Below, piece after piece: positions 1 to 10,374 of a stretch of 64,000 bases of DNA. The position numbers were made by a program, and so were the translations under genes. Below the pieces are notes generated by a model, which saw only the letters and a program-made list of their open reading frames with translations, ran no database searches and had not been told where the DNA came from. Origin of the DNA: Candidatus Poribacteria bacterium (GTDB lineage: Bacteria > Poribacteria > WGA-4E > WGA-3G); the NCBI GenBank assembly GCA_965205025.1, contig CBDBFU010000010.1, forward strand, positions 27,233 through 91,232. The letters are read 5' to 3'. The stretch's first letter is position 1. The number at the start of each line of letters is the position of its first letter.

Positions 1-1
1 C

Positions 2-613
2 AAGAAATGGGAAATAGGGTTTGATGGGAAGACAAAGGCAGAAGTTGTTGCTGATCCAAATGATGCGAGTAATAAAGTACTCAAAACATCTACCAATCCA
101 TCCAATGCTTCTCGACACGATGTAGGTGGTTCAATCTATGTGGTTGGAGAAGACAGTTGGGATGATTATGTAGCTGAATGGGATATGATGTTTCCTGATG
201 ATTTCTATATGGGAGTCGTCTTCCGCTTTCAAGATGGTGAGAAATTCTATTTAAGTGATCGACGACAAGGTGGTAGAGATTATCACTTCTACAAGCGACA
301 AGGTGGTTGGGCTCTCGTGAAGGGCGGTGCTGTGGAAAATAGACCTGAAGTCTGGTATCGAGCACAACTAACCCTTTCGGGTGACAAGTTCACATTTAAG
401 CTGAAAGATCGTAAAGACACCACGGTATTTGACAACATTGATCCTGCAACAGAAGGTCAAGATGGTAGTTTCAAGACCGGTAGGTTTGGGAATTACGGTC
501 TTGTGTATATAGATAACCTCTTTATCGGTGATTCGGTTGATGATTTCGTTTTACCTGTTGAACCACAGGATAAACTTAGTACGACTTGGGGGGCGATTAA
601 GGATACCTATTAA
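2..613 (+). CDS. 5'-truncated secreted ConA/LamG-like (DUF1080-type) protein with Poribacteria-type C-terminal motif
   Basis: Frame is open from base 2 (KKWEIGFDG...) into ORF 140..613; ends PVEPQDKLSTTWGAIK. Confidence 0.7.
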   Translation, partial: KKWEIGFDGKTKAEVVADPNDASNKVLKTSTNPSNASRHDVGGSIYVVGEDSWDDYVAEWDMMFPDDFYMGVVFRFQDGEKFYLSDRRQGGRDYHFYKRQGGWALVKGGAVENRPEVWYRAQLTLSGDKFTFKLKDRKDTTVFDNIDPATEGQDGSFKTGRFGNYGLVYIDNLFIGDSVDDFVLPVEPQDKLSTTWGAIKDTY

Positions 614-725
614 AGAAAAGCGTGGAGGGTTGGAAGGAAGTTCCTTCACATAGGATAGTTCTTTCCTCCTTCTATGCGGATGTTATCACCCGATTCACCT
701 AACCGAACCGCAAGGAAAATAAAAA

Positions 726-2003
726 ATGTCGACCTATATTGCCCACGGTGGAAAAGACACTGTCATCACATCCGAAGAAAAACGTGCCTTAATACACGAG
801 GCACTCCTCAAATTGGGTGGGACACCGAAGAAGATCTTGGTTGTTCCACCTGATATTACCCGTCTACATTCAAACGCTGGCGAACTTACCCGTATTCTCT
901 ATGAACTTTGGGATGCTGCAAACGGTACGGTATTTGATATCCTACCTGCTATCGGAACACACTCACCGATGACCGCTGAACATATATCAGAGATGTATGG
1001 TGATTTACCGAAAGCAACGTACCATGAACATCACTGGCGAACCGGACTTTATCATTTTGGTGATGTGCCATCAGAATTTGTCAGCGAGGTATCACACGGA
1101 AAATTGGATTATAGTATTCCTGTTGCTGTTAACAGTCGCCTTGTTGAGGGAGATTACGAACTTATCATCTCTGTTGGACAAGTGATTCCGCATGAAGTAA
1201 TTGGGATTGCAAATGGATTCAAGAATATCCTTGTCGGTGCTGGTGGTGTGGAAATGATCAATAAATCCCATTTTCTCGGTGCAGTGGATGGAATGGAACG
1301 ATTGATGGGACGAACGGATACATCTGTCCGGAGAGTTTTAAACTACGCACATACACACTATCTGAAACAACTGGGAATTGTGTATGTCATGAGTGTGATG
1401 GATGTTGATTCTGGTGGGGATCGCATCATGCGGGGACTTTACATAGGCGACGATGCACATACCTTTGAGATTGCTGCAGAATTGAGCCGTAACGTCAACA
1501 TGACATTTTTAGATGAACCTTTAGAAAAGGTTGTTGTCTACTTAGATCCGAGAGAATTCAAGAGTACTTGGCTTGGAAATAAGGCTATTTATCGTACACG
1601 AATGGCAATGGCAGATGACGGAGAATTGCTTATTATTGCGCCGGGGTTACGTGAATTCGGTGAGGACGCCGAAATTGATAGACTCATACGCAAATACGGA
1701 TACTGTGGCACACCTACCACACTAAAGGCAGTGGAAGAAAATCAGGAATTACAGGAGAATCTCTCCGCTGCTGCACATCTGATTCACGGTAGTACCGAGG
1801 GGCGTTTCAAGGTCGTTTATGCAACGGAACATCTCACCCAAACCGAAATTGAATCCGTTGGCTACGAGTGGGCACCTGTGAGCGAAATCCTTGCTGAATA
1901 CAACTCTGAAATGCTTGTTGATGGATTTAATGAGGGGGGCTTTTTCTACATCAGTGAACCCGGGCAAGGGTTGTGGGCACTGCGTTCACGTTTTGCGAAA
2001 TAG
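726..2003 (+). CDS. Lactate racemase (LarA/DUF2088) domain protein
   Basis: PPDITR, PAIGTHSPM, VIPHEVIG motifs typical of the LarA superfamily. Confidence 0.8.
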   Translation: MSTYIAHGGKDTVITSEEKRALIHEALLKLGGTPKKILVVPPDITRLHSNAGELTRILYELWDAANGTVFDILPAIGTHSPMTAEHISEMYGDLPKATYHEHHWRTGLYHFGDVPSEFVSEVSHGKLDYSIPVAVNSRLVEGDYELIISVGQVIPHEVIGIANGFKNILVGAGGVEMINKSHFLGAVDGMERLMGRTDTSVRRVLNYAHTHYLKQLGIVYVMSVMDVDSGGDRIMRGLYIGDDAHTFEIAAELSRNVNMTFLDEPLEKVVVYLDPREFKSTWLGNKAIYRTRMAMADDGELLIIAPGLREFGEDAEIDRLIRKYGYCGTPTTLKAVEENQELQENLSAAAHLIHGSTEGRFKVVYATEHLTQTEIESVGYEWAPVSEILAEYNSEMLVDGFNEGGFFYISEPGQGLWALRSRFAK

Positions 2004-2024
2004 ATTGCTAAAGCTCTCCGTTTT

Positions 2025-2351
2025 ATGGCACACTATACAGCAGAAAAACCAAAAGTTTATATTGAAACCAAGCAGCAGCATATCAACAACGTTTGTGTCG
2101 CCGCTGGATATCAACCAGCAACCCTCTGTACACCCGAGGCGTTAATGGAGGAAATACAGATGAAAGAGCAACAGGAACCACAGACAGATCCTATCCTTGA
2201 AGAATGTTATCGAATAAAAGCAGAATTTTCTGCCCAATTCAATTCTATAGAGGAACTTTACAACTATTTGAAGGCAAGAGAGAAAGAGCGCAGAGCTCAA
2301 GGTAGGGTATATATAGATCCGCCTCCACCCCCAGCAAAGCAGAGCGAATAG
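2025..2351 (+). pseudogene. Internally deleted PIN/VapC-like toxin fused in frame to a small antitoxin-like domain
   Basis: KPKVYIET (PIN N-terminus-like) joined directly to ...AAGYQPATLCTPEALME (PIN C-terminus-like), then DPILEECYRIK domain. Confidence 0.5.
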
Positions 2352-2480
2352 TCTCCGGGGTGATGTGTTCTACTGTATCGACGAACTCGCTCACGGTCTC
2401 TTGCAAGCGTACATTTTTCTTCATCGCAATGCGGTATCCAGTCAGTAGATGAATTCCAACAAACAGAAGGAAAGAAAAAA

Positions 2481-2699
2481 ATGCAACCGTTTAATATTAT
2501 CGTCGAAAAACATACCGATGGCTATGTCGCCTACCCGCTCGGGTTGAAAGGTGTTGTCATAGGACAAGGGGATACCTATGAAGAAAGTGTTGCGGATGTA
2601 ACCTCTGCGATTCGGTTTTATATTGAGACTTTTGGAAAAGAAGAACTCGAAATTGAGGAGCCTGCCTTGGATGTTTTCGTAACTGAAGTGAATATCTGA
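2481..2699 (+). CDS. HicB-family antitoxin
   Basis: 72 aa; IIVEKHTDGYVAYPLGLKGVVIGQGDTYEE matches the HicB N-terminal fold. Confidence 0.8.
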   Translation: MQPFNIIVEKHTDGYVAYPLGLKGVVIGQGDTYEESVADVTSAIRFYIETFGKEELEIEEPALDVFVTEVNI

Positions 2700-2702
2700 T
2701 TA

Positions 2703-2828
2703 ATGCCGCGTTTTCCAACAGATGCCCCAAAAAACAGAGTTATTCGCGCGTTAGAGCGATTAGGATACCGTATAATTCGGGAACGGTATCGTGCAAATGT
2801 TCAGGAAAAGGTCCTGGATAAAAAACAA
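2703..2828 (+). pseudogene. Truncated HicA-like toxin
   Basis: MPRFPTDAPKNRVIRALERLGYRIIRER immediately after hicB, then degenerates and runs into a MITE. Confidence 0.6.
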
Positions 2829-3047
2829 GGGTGTGTAAACTTTTTGTCACTAAATTCATAAATTGGACAGAACGCTATGAAATTCAATATCTTACTTCTC
2901 ATAAACATGTAAAAATTAGCGATTAATAAAAAACTGTGCCCCTCTATAGTAACGGTTTGTTGGATTCCTAAAGACCGATCTACTGTAAACTTCAATTATG
3001 TATTGTGTGCTGATAATTCGTTCCAAGTGACAAAAATTTTACACACC
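2829..3047. mobile_element. MITE, GGGTGTGTAAA-ended family (IS256-like ends)
   Basis: 22-bp TIR ggtgtgtaaactttttgtcact / agtgacaaaaattttacacacc; 9-bp direct repeat aaaaaacaa on both sides. Confidence 0.8.
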
Positions 3048-3063
3048 AAAAAACAATATTAAC

Positions 3064-3092
3064 TTGCATAAGACCGATTATTATGTTATAAT
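3064..3092 (+). promoter_or_regulatory. Sigma70-type promoter
   Basis: TTGCAT-17 bp-TATAAT with extended -10 TG, upstream of 3141. Confidence 0.55.
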
Positions 3093-4491
3093 TTACGCTG
3101 TAATATCCTCACCGCTGACATTCAGTAATGAAACAATAATATGGCAATAATGATTCCAGATCAAATACCTGACGGAGCTCCGCAGTCAGAAAAAATTATA
3201 TTTAAAAACCTTATGTATGCCCCCCAAGCCAGAAATTGGGTGGTTTTTCATTCAGAATATGTGGACAATCCCAACCATCCTATAAGACCGCGCGAAATTG
3301 ATTTCCTGATTTTTACTGATAATTGTTCTGTCATCTGTCTTGAAGCAAAGGGCGGATCTTACGAGATCAATAATAGGGAATGGTATCGTCTGCCAGATCG
3401 AGAACTTGTACAACCTTCCCCTCCTGAACAAGCCCGAACTGCTATGTTTGCCTTGCAAAAGGAATTTGCTCCCCATTTTGGTTCCTCCTCTCTGCTTTCA
3501 CTTGGATGCGCGGTTGCATTCACCGATTCCCAATTTCCACTTGACATAAGGAAGCCAAAACAGGCGTTAATAATAGAACGCCCTGACGCTCGAAATCCGG
3601 ACAGACTAGCAAAGAAATTGGCGGATTATGCAGACGATCTGCCTACAAAACAAGTGAGAGAAATACTGGACACGAATCGGGAAAAATGTATGGAGGCATT
3701 GGAGGCATTGAACAATCTGCGATCTGAATTGGAGAAAACCATGATAATCGAACCACCGAAAACAATATTCCGATCTGACTTGGAAACTCTTCGCCCGCAG
3801 CTGCTTCGATTGACGACTGCTCAACTTAACAGTTTGAACCGAGTTAGCATAAATGACCGTTGCGTGATTGACGGTGCAGCAGGCACAGGCAAAACCGTGC
3901 TTGCTATGGAGCTTGCCCGACAACGTTGCGAAGAAGGTGATACTGTTGCCTTATTATGTAGCAATCCGTACCTGAGTTATCGTTTTGACAGGTGGACGAA
4001 GACACTCCCTAAGAACAGTGGAGGCAGAGTTGTAGCAGGCACACCGGCTACGCTACCGTCCTGGGTCTTCAGATCAGACAATGCTCTGAAGAACAAACAT
4101 CAACGAAGGTTGGACAATTCACCTGAACTTGAAACATCATTAAAGCGCGGCTATCACCTAGATCACAAATGGCCTTCATTCATAGATGAGACAGTTGAAG
4201 ATTTAGGAGCAGGAGGTATTTTTGACTATCTGATCGTTGACGAGGCACAGAATCTATGCGATGAGATGTTCCTGAAATTGATGAACATATTGTTAAAAAA
4301 CGGCTTAGCTGAGGGACATTGGACTATGTTTGGCGATTTCACCTACCAGAATATTGTTTCCCCCCATCTTACTCAGAATGGAAAGGATGTGCTAAAAAAT
4401 TTTGGTCTCAACTGGTCAAATGATACATTACAAACTAATTGTCGAAACACACATGAAATAGCCGTTGATGTTGCCAAGTACGTTGACATTA

Positions 4492-5395
4492 TAGTGGAAA
4501 TCATAATTATTTGTACATTTTTACGATTTCATCGATTGACGCTTCAGCATTGTATTCCCATTTACGTTTTATGTTCGCGAAATCTCTTTCAATAGGATTG
4601 AGTTCAGGCGAATACGGAGGTAAAAAAAGTAAACTCGCACCACAGGCAGCAATCAATGCCTCTGTTTGCTGGCTTTTATGGAAAGACGCATTATCCAATA
4701 TGACAACGTGTGATGCGTCAAGTAGTGGACACAGCACGCTCTCAAGCCACGCATTGAAGGCAAGCGCATCACAAGCACCTTCAAAAAGTACAGGAGCCGT
4801 GAAACGCCCTTGTATTTGTGCAGCAATCAGCGTAGTGCATCTATACCGATTGCTTGAGATTTTATCCGATACGCAAACCCCTCTTGGCGCATAAGCGAAC
4901 TGACGAACACTTTCTGTGCTAAAACCGCTTTCATCAACAAAAACAGGTGTTTTTCCGTTCACAAGTGCTGTCTGAAGTTGGGTGAGATAGGCCTCCTGTT
5001 TGACTGGGCATTGTTCTTTATAGGTAAATGTCTTTTTTTCGCGTGCATCCGATCCGCTTCAGACCATAACAGATACACCGCTGTGACACGCCAAAATGTG
5101 CAGCACGTTCCTTCTGCGTGCTGTCTGGGAATTCTTTGACATGTTCAGCGAGTGCTTCTGGGTCAAGCCGATAAGGTTTACGAGGCCCCGGTTTTTCATA
5201 AGTAAAAGGATCTACTGCGTCTAACCAGTTGTAGATAGATCTGCGTGAAACTTGAAATCTACGGGAAGCTTCTGCTTTACTACCACCTGCTGCTATGAAA
5301 TCAAGAACGCGTTTTCGTAAGTCTGGTGAATATCTCATAATATAACTATTATCACAAAATCAGAAAAAATGTAAAGGTGTTTTTGCTTTTAACTA
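4492..5395 (-). mobile_element. IS630-family insertion sequence, copy 1
   Basis: TA duplication, TAGT ends, orfA 5018..5338 (HTH) and orfB 4507..4962 (VDES, LDNASFHK, LPPYSPELNPIE); A7G slippery site links them. Confidence 0.95.
4507..5338 (-). CDS. IS630 transposase (probable -1 programmed frameshift)
   Basis: orfA ...CTRKK at AAAAAAAG; -1 frame continues KTFTYKEQCP...VFVDES DDE domain. Confidence 0.85.
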
Positions 5396-6042
5396 TAAAT
5401 CGCCGCCGATGTCCGGCGTACACGGACCACTCGTTGAAATTGAATACTTCAAATCGCCTACTGAGTTAGTGGATACGATAGACAACCTGATACATGATTG
5501 GCAAAATAGAAACTTTCAGTCCGAGCAAACCATACTACTGTTTAGTGGCATCACCGATGAGTTTGATACCAAACGCTCTTATATTGGTTGGGAACCTCTC
5601 AACATACGTGAAATTACAGAAGAAGTTGCCCCGGAAGACAAGGAAGGTGTTCTAGTTCCAAGTGCCTCTGCCTTTAAGAACACACTCAGGTACAGCGATA
5701 TCTACGACTTTCAAGGATTGGAAAGTGATCTGGCCATTTTGGTTATTCCAGTAACTGATGATCAGGTTATTTTGGAAGGAAATGTCGCGTTGGCACGCGA
5801 AGGTCACCTAAATCGAGTCCTTTACACAGGTATGAGCCGCGCTAAGACAATGCTCGTGATTGTCGCTCATGAGAGTTACAAGGAAACCTTGGAACTGCGC
5901 GCGAATCTGTATCATAAACTAAAAAATTTACAAGAAGCGACGTAAGACCATTAGGACCTTGTCCTAATATCTATGGGCAGATAAATTTATTTCAGCAGAC
6001 CTCTCTGTTTTGTGGAGGCTTTGTAGAACCGTTCTTGATGTA

Positions 6043-8535
6043 TTATCCTCGCTTTTTCAGGTTCTTAAGATGTCGCTTGACCTTTGCCTCCCTTATCTCA
6101 TCGTCACAACCTAACTTCAAGACTATTTCAAAACATCTCTGGGCAGAAAGTCCATCATTTATAAACAATTGGCGTATGCCTATGTAATAGTAACGGTTGA
6201 CATCGTTTTCAGATAAACCGCTGATTATGCTATTTAATCGTACTATAATCTTGTCAAGCTCACTTCTCCCATAGTTGTCAACCTCATCCATTATCCAGTC
6301 TGCGAATTTACGATCAATCAAGTCAGTACCATATGGACAGAGCCTGACCGCGTTGTCGTAGTCCTCAACGGCTTTGTCATAATCGCCTTTGTTGTCATAA
6401 GCGTACCCTCTGTTGATGTACAACCCAGCACTTTCAGGTTCAAGACTGATAGCTTGGTCGTAGTCTGCTATCGCCTTATCATAGTCTCCTTTATGATAGT
6501 GGTAGGTAGCCCCCCTGTTGTTGTATGCTGCTGCTGCATCTTTGGGGTCAAGTTTAATAACTTGGTCGTAATCTGCTATCGCCTTATCGTATTGCCTCTT
6601 CCTACTATAGGTATTACCCCTGTTTAGGTATGCCGCAACATTTTCAGGGTCAAATTTGATAGCTTGGTCGTAATCTGCTATCGCCTTATCATAGTCTCCT
6701 TTACGCCGGTAAATATTTCCTCTGTTGTTATATGCTCCAGCATCTTCAGGGGAAAATTTGATGACTTGGTCGTAATCCGCTATCGCCTTATCATAGTCTT
6801 CTTTTTCATCATAGGAATTGCCTCTATTTAGATATATCCCAACATTTTTAGGGTCGAGTTTGATAGCTTGACTGTAGTCCGTTATTGCTTTATCATAGTC
6901 ATTCTTATGGTAGCGATAGACGTTGCCTCTGTTTAGGTATGCTGCGACACTTTTAGGATCAAGTTTGATGGTTTGACTGTAGTCTGCTATAGCCTTATCA
7001 AAATCTTCTTTACGGCGATAGGCGTTTCCTCTGTCGTTATATATTCCAGCATCTTCAGGGGAAAGTTTGATGGCTTGGTTATAGTCTGCTATCGCTTTAT
7101 CAAAATCTTCTTTACGACGATAGATATCCGCCCTGAGTAAATATCCTGCGATACTTTCAGGATCAAGTTCGATGGCTTGACTGCAGTCTGCTATCGCTTT
7201 ATCAAAATCTCCTTTACGGCAATAGGCATTCCCTCTGTTGTTATATATTCCAGCATCTTCAGGGGAAAGTTCGATGGCTTGACTGTAGTCTGCTATAGCC
7301 TTATCAAAATCTTCTTTACGGCGATAGGCGTTTCCTCTGTTGTTATATATTCCAGCATCTTCAGGGGAAAGTTTGACGGCTTGACTGTAGTCTGCTATAG
7401 CCTTATCAAAATCTTCTTTACGGCGATAGGCGTTTCCTCTGTCGTTATATATTCCAGCATCTTCAGGGGAAAGTTCGATGGCTTGACTGTAGTCTGCTAT
7501 AGCCTTATCATAATCTCCTTTACGGCGATAGATATCCGCCCTGAGTAAATATCCTGCGATACTTTCAGGATCAAGTTCGATGGCTTGACTGTAGTCTGCT
7601 ATCGCTTTATCATAATCTCCTTTACGGCAATAGGCATTCCCTCTGTTGTTATATATTCCAGCATCTTCAGGGGAAAGTTCGATGGCTTGACTGTAGTCTG
7701 CTATAGCCTTATCATAATCTCCTTTGTGATCATGAGTAATTCCCCTATTGTTATATATTCCGGCATCTTCAGAGGAAAGTTTGATGGCTTGATCGTAGTC
7801 TGCTATAGCCTTATCATAATCTCCCTTCTCAAGATAAGCATCCGCCCTGAGTAAATATCCTGTGGCATTTTCAGGGTCAAGTTCAATGGCTTGATCGTAG
7901 TTTGCCATCGCCTTATCATAATCTCCTTTACGACGATAGGCATTGCCTCTGTTGTTGCATATCCCAGCATCTTCAGGGGAAAGTTTGATGGCTTGATCGT
8001 AGTCTGCTATAGCCTTATCATAATCTCCCTTTTCAAGATAAACATTCGCCCTAAGTAAATATCCTGTGGCATTTTCAGGGTCAAGTTCAATGGCTTGATC
8101 GTAGTCTACTATTGCTTTATCATGGTTTCCATTTTCAGCGTAGATGTTGCCCCTACTTAAGTATGCCCTGGTATCTTCAGGGTCAAGTTTGATAGTTTGG
8201 TCGTAGTCCGCTATAGCCTTATCATAGTCTCCTTTGCGACGGTGTACTATTCCTCTATATCTGTAGATTCTAGTATATTTAGGGTCAAGTTTGATAGCTT
8301 GATCATAGTCCGCTATAGCCTTATCATAGTCTCCTTTTTCAGTATAAATGTTGCCTCTATTTAAGTACGCTCTAGTACATTTAGGGTCAAGTTTGATAGC
8401 TTGATCATAGTCCGCTATCGCTTCATCATAGTCATTTTTTTCAGCGTAGATGTTGCCCCTACTTAAGTATGCTTTGGCATCTTCAGGGTTGAGATGGATA
8501 ATTTCGTCCAAGTCACGAATAGATTGATCATTCAT
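6043..8535 (-). CDS. Tetratricopeptide repeat protein (~20+ TPRs)
   Basis: 34-aa repeats YxNRGxxYxxKGDYDKAIADYxQAIxLxP; 102-bp DNA units. Confidence 0.95.
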   Translation of the reverse strand: MNDQSIRDLDEIIHLNPEDAKAYLSRGNIYAEKNDYDEAIADYDQAIKLDPKCTRAYLNRGNIYTEKGDYDKAIADYDQAIKLDPKYTRIYRYRGIVHRRKGDYDKAIADYDQTIKLDPEDTRAYLSRGNIYAENGNHDKAIVDYDQAIELDPENATGYLLRANVYLEKGDYDKAIADYDQAIKLSPEDAGICNNRGNAYRRKGDYDKAMANYDQAIELDPENATGYLLRADAYLEKGDYDKAIADYDQAIKLSSEDAGIYNNRGITHDHKGDYDKAIADYSQAIELSPEDAGIYNNRGNAYCRKGDYDKAIADYSQAIELDPESIAGYLLRADIYRRKGDYDKAIADYSQAIELSPEDAGIYNDRGNAYRRKEDFDKAIADYSQAVKLSPEDAGIYNNRGNAYRRKEDFDKAIADYSQAIELSPEDAGIYNNRGNAYCRKGDFDKAIADCSQAIELDPESIAGYLLRADIYRRKEDFDKAIADYNQAIKLSPEDAGIYNDRGNAYRRKEDFDKAIADYSQTIKLDPKSVAAYLNRGNVYRYHKNDYDKAITDYSQAIKLDPKNVGIYLNRGNSYDEKEDYDKAIADYDQVIKFSPEDAGAYNNRGNIYRRKGDYDKAIADYDQAIKFDPENVAAYLNRGNTYSRKRQYDKAIADYDQVIKLDPKDAAAAYNNRGATYHYHKGDYDKAIADYDQAISLEPESAGLYINRGYAYDNKGDYDKAVEDYDNAVRLCPYGTDLIDRKFADWIMDEVDNYGRSELDKIIVRLNSIISGLSENDVNRYYYIGIRQLFINDGLSAQRCFEIVLKLGCDDEIREAKVKRHLKNLKKRG

Positions 8536-8825
8536 GTAGCAATCTCTTTTCTCTGATTAACTTTATATTCATACAGAGTCATTAAGTTTTAAATAGGACA
8601 GACAACTGGTCATAAATCTCTCTAATAAGGCAGATTGCATTGGGCGAGTACATAGCAAAACCGTACCTACCCCAGTTTGAGGTGAAACCCAATTGAAGAA
8701 AATTGAAAAATATAAAAGTGAATATCTCTGATATTCATAGTGGGGACATCTATAACGCTCTGGTCGATTTGAACCAAAATTTCATTATCGCATATTTTAC
8801 AAAAAAGGTCAAATTTATTTCATTG

Positions 8826-9539
8826 TTATCCATTACACAACTCCGGCAATTCGGCAAGACTCTGAATCGTCTCTTCCCATCTACCAGTTTGTGTGTTGTC
8901 TCGGTCAAGCAATATCGGACGAATCCCGACCCTTTTCGCGCCTAAGATGTCGGCGTCAAAGGCATCACCCACATGAACTGTTTCTTCAGCAGTGACTCCG
9001 ACTTTCTTGAGAGTATACTCAAAGATATGTGGATCCGGTTTTGCTGACCGAACCCGCTCATCATGTGAAGCCGTGATCGTGTCAAAATAGTGGACAATAC
9101 CGAGACGTTCTAATAACGGAAATAACGGTGTATCCCAATTTGAGACAATCGCTAACTTAAAGTTCGTTTCTCGTAAATGCTGTAGAGTAGGTATGACATC
9201 GTCATATAGTTTTGCATCTGTGACAGAAAAAAGCGGGTGTCCTGATTGCAGGAGTTCCCATGCAATTTGTTCCACATGATCCTGAATACCCAATTTTCTA
9301 ATAAAATCACACTCCCGATTCATTGTAGTCATCACTGAATCAAGTAATGAATCCAGAACAGAATTGGAAGCTGGAGTTTCTACGAAAAGATCCTTTACTG
9401 CTATGTCATATATATCATAATTTTCCCAATTAACCACTATATCATAACTATTTACTATTCTTTTAAGACTTGCTTTAAATGTACTCTCTCCCCAAACTGA
9501 GAGAGTCTTGTAAAAATCGAAAAATACTGTTTTTACCAT
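8826..9539 (-). CDS. HAD-family hydrolase (subfamily IA)
   Basis: FFDFYKT, IVSNWD, KPDP, HVGD..DADI motifs. Confidence 0.9.
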   Translation of the reverse strand: MVKTVFFDFYKTLSVWGESTFKASLKRIVNSYDIVVNWENYDIYDIAVKDLFVETPASNSVLDSLLDSVMTTMNRECDFIRKLGIQDHVEQIAWELLQSGHPLFSVTDAKLYDDVIPTLQHLRETNFKLAIVSNWDTPLFPLLERLGIVHYFDTITASHDERVRSAKPDPHIFEYTLKKVGVTAEETVHVGDAFDADILGAKRVGIRPILLDRDNTQTGRWEETIQSLAELPELCNG

Positions 9540-9551
9540 AAATTTCTTGGT

Positions 9552-10268
9552 CTATACAGTACATGCCGAACCAGCAAGAAGTTCTGGCAATTCTGATAAA
9601 GTTTGAATCGTTTCATCCCATCTACCTTCTTGTGAACCAACGCGATCAATCAGAATTGGACGAATCCCAACACCTTGCGCACCTACGATATCCGCTTCAA
9701 AAGTATCACCAACATGAACTGTTTCTTCAGCAGTAACACCAACTTTCTTGAGAGTATACTCAAAGATATGTGGATCCGGTTTTGCTGACCGAACCCGCTC
9801 ATCATGTGAAGCCGTGATCGTGTCAAAATAGTGGACAATACCGAGACGTTCTAATAACGGAAATAACGGTGTATCCCAATTTGAGACAATCGCTAATTTA
9901 TATCCATTCTCTTTCAGAAGTTTCAAAGTCGGAACAGTGTCATTGTAAAGAATAGCGTTATTCGCTCCAAAGAGTGAATGTTCGGATTGCAACAACTCCC
10001 ATGTAATCTGTCCTACATGTTTTTCAACACCGAGTTGTTTGATAAATTCGCCATAACTTTTGACGATTTTTTCCATCGTCCCAATGAGTGAATGGGTTTT
10101 TGGATCTGATCCTGATGCATCCCCATACAAACTCCTGACCGCTACTGAGTATTTATCGCAATCAACTTCAAAATCATATCGTTCTGCAATCTTTTGAACT
10201 CTATCCTCAAGTGGCTGTCCCCAAACGCCTAAAGTGTAATAAAAATCAAAGAAAACCGCTTTTACCAT
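9552..10268 (-). CDS. HAD-family hydrolase (tandem paralog)
   Basis: FFDFYYT, IVSNWD, KPDP, HVGDTFEADI. Confidence 0.9.
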   Translation of the reverse strand: MVKAVFFDFYYTLGVWGQPLEDRVQKIAERYDFEVDCDKYSVAVRSLYGDASGSDPKTHSLIGTMEKIVKSYGEFIKQLGVEKHVGQITWELLQSEHSLFGANNAILYNDTVPTLKLLKENGYKLAIVSNWDTPLFPLLERLGIVHYFDTITASHDERVRSAKPDPHIFEYTLKKVGVTAEETVHVGDTFEADIVGAQGVGIRPILIDRVGSQEGRWDETIQTLSELPELLAGSACTV

Positions 10269-10374
10269 AATTTTCAGGTCAAACGCCTATGCCTTCAAAC
10301 ACAAACAATCGCTCCGTGAATGTGCGTTGAATACTCGTCTGAAAAGGCGGTAGGGTTGGTCTTATCGCGTACCT

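Larger units (their letters stand above)
3141..5945 (+). pseudogene. NERD nuclease + SF1 (UvrD-like) helicase gene interrupted by IS630
   Basis: REIDFL..LEAKGG (NERD), GAAGTGKT, IVDEAQ, TNCRNT, FQGLES, LYTGMSRA; removing the IS and one TA rejoins ...YVDI-KSPP-MSGVHG in frame (~632 aa). Confidence 0.9.
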
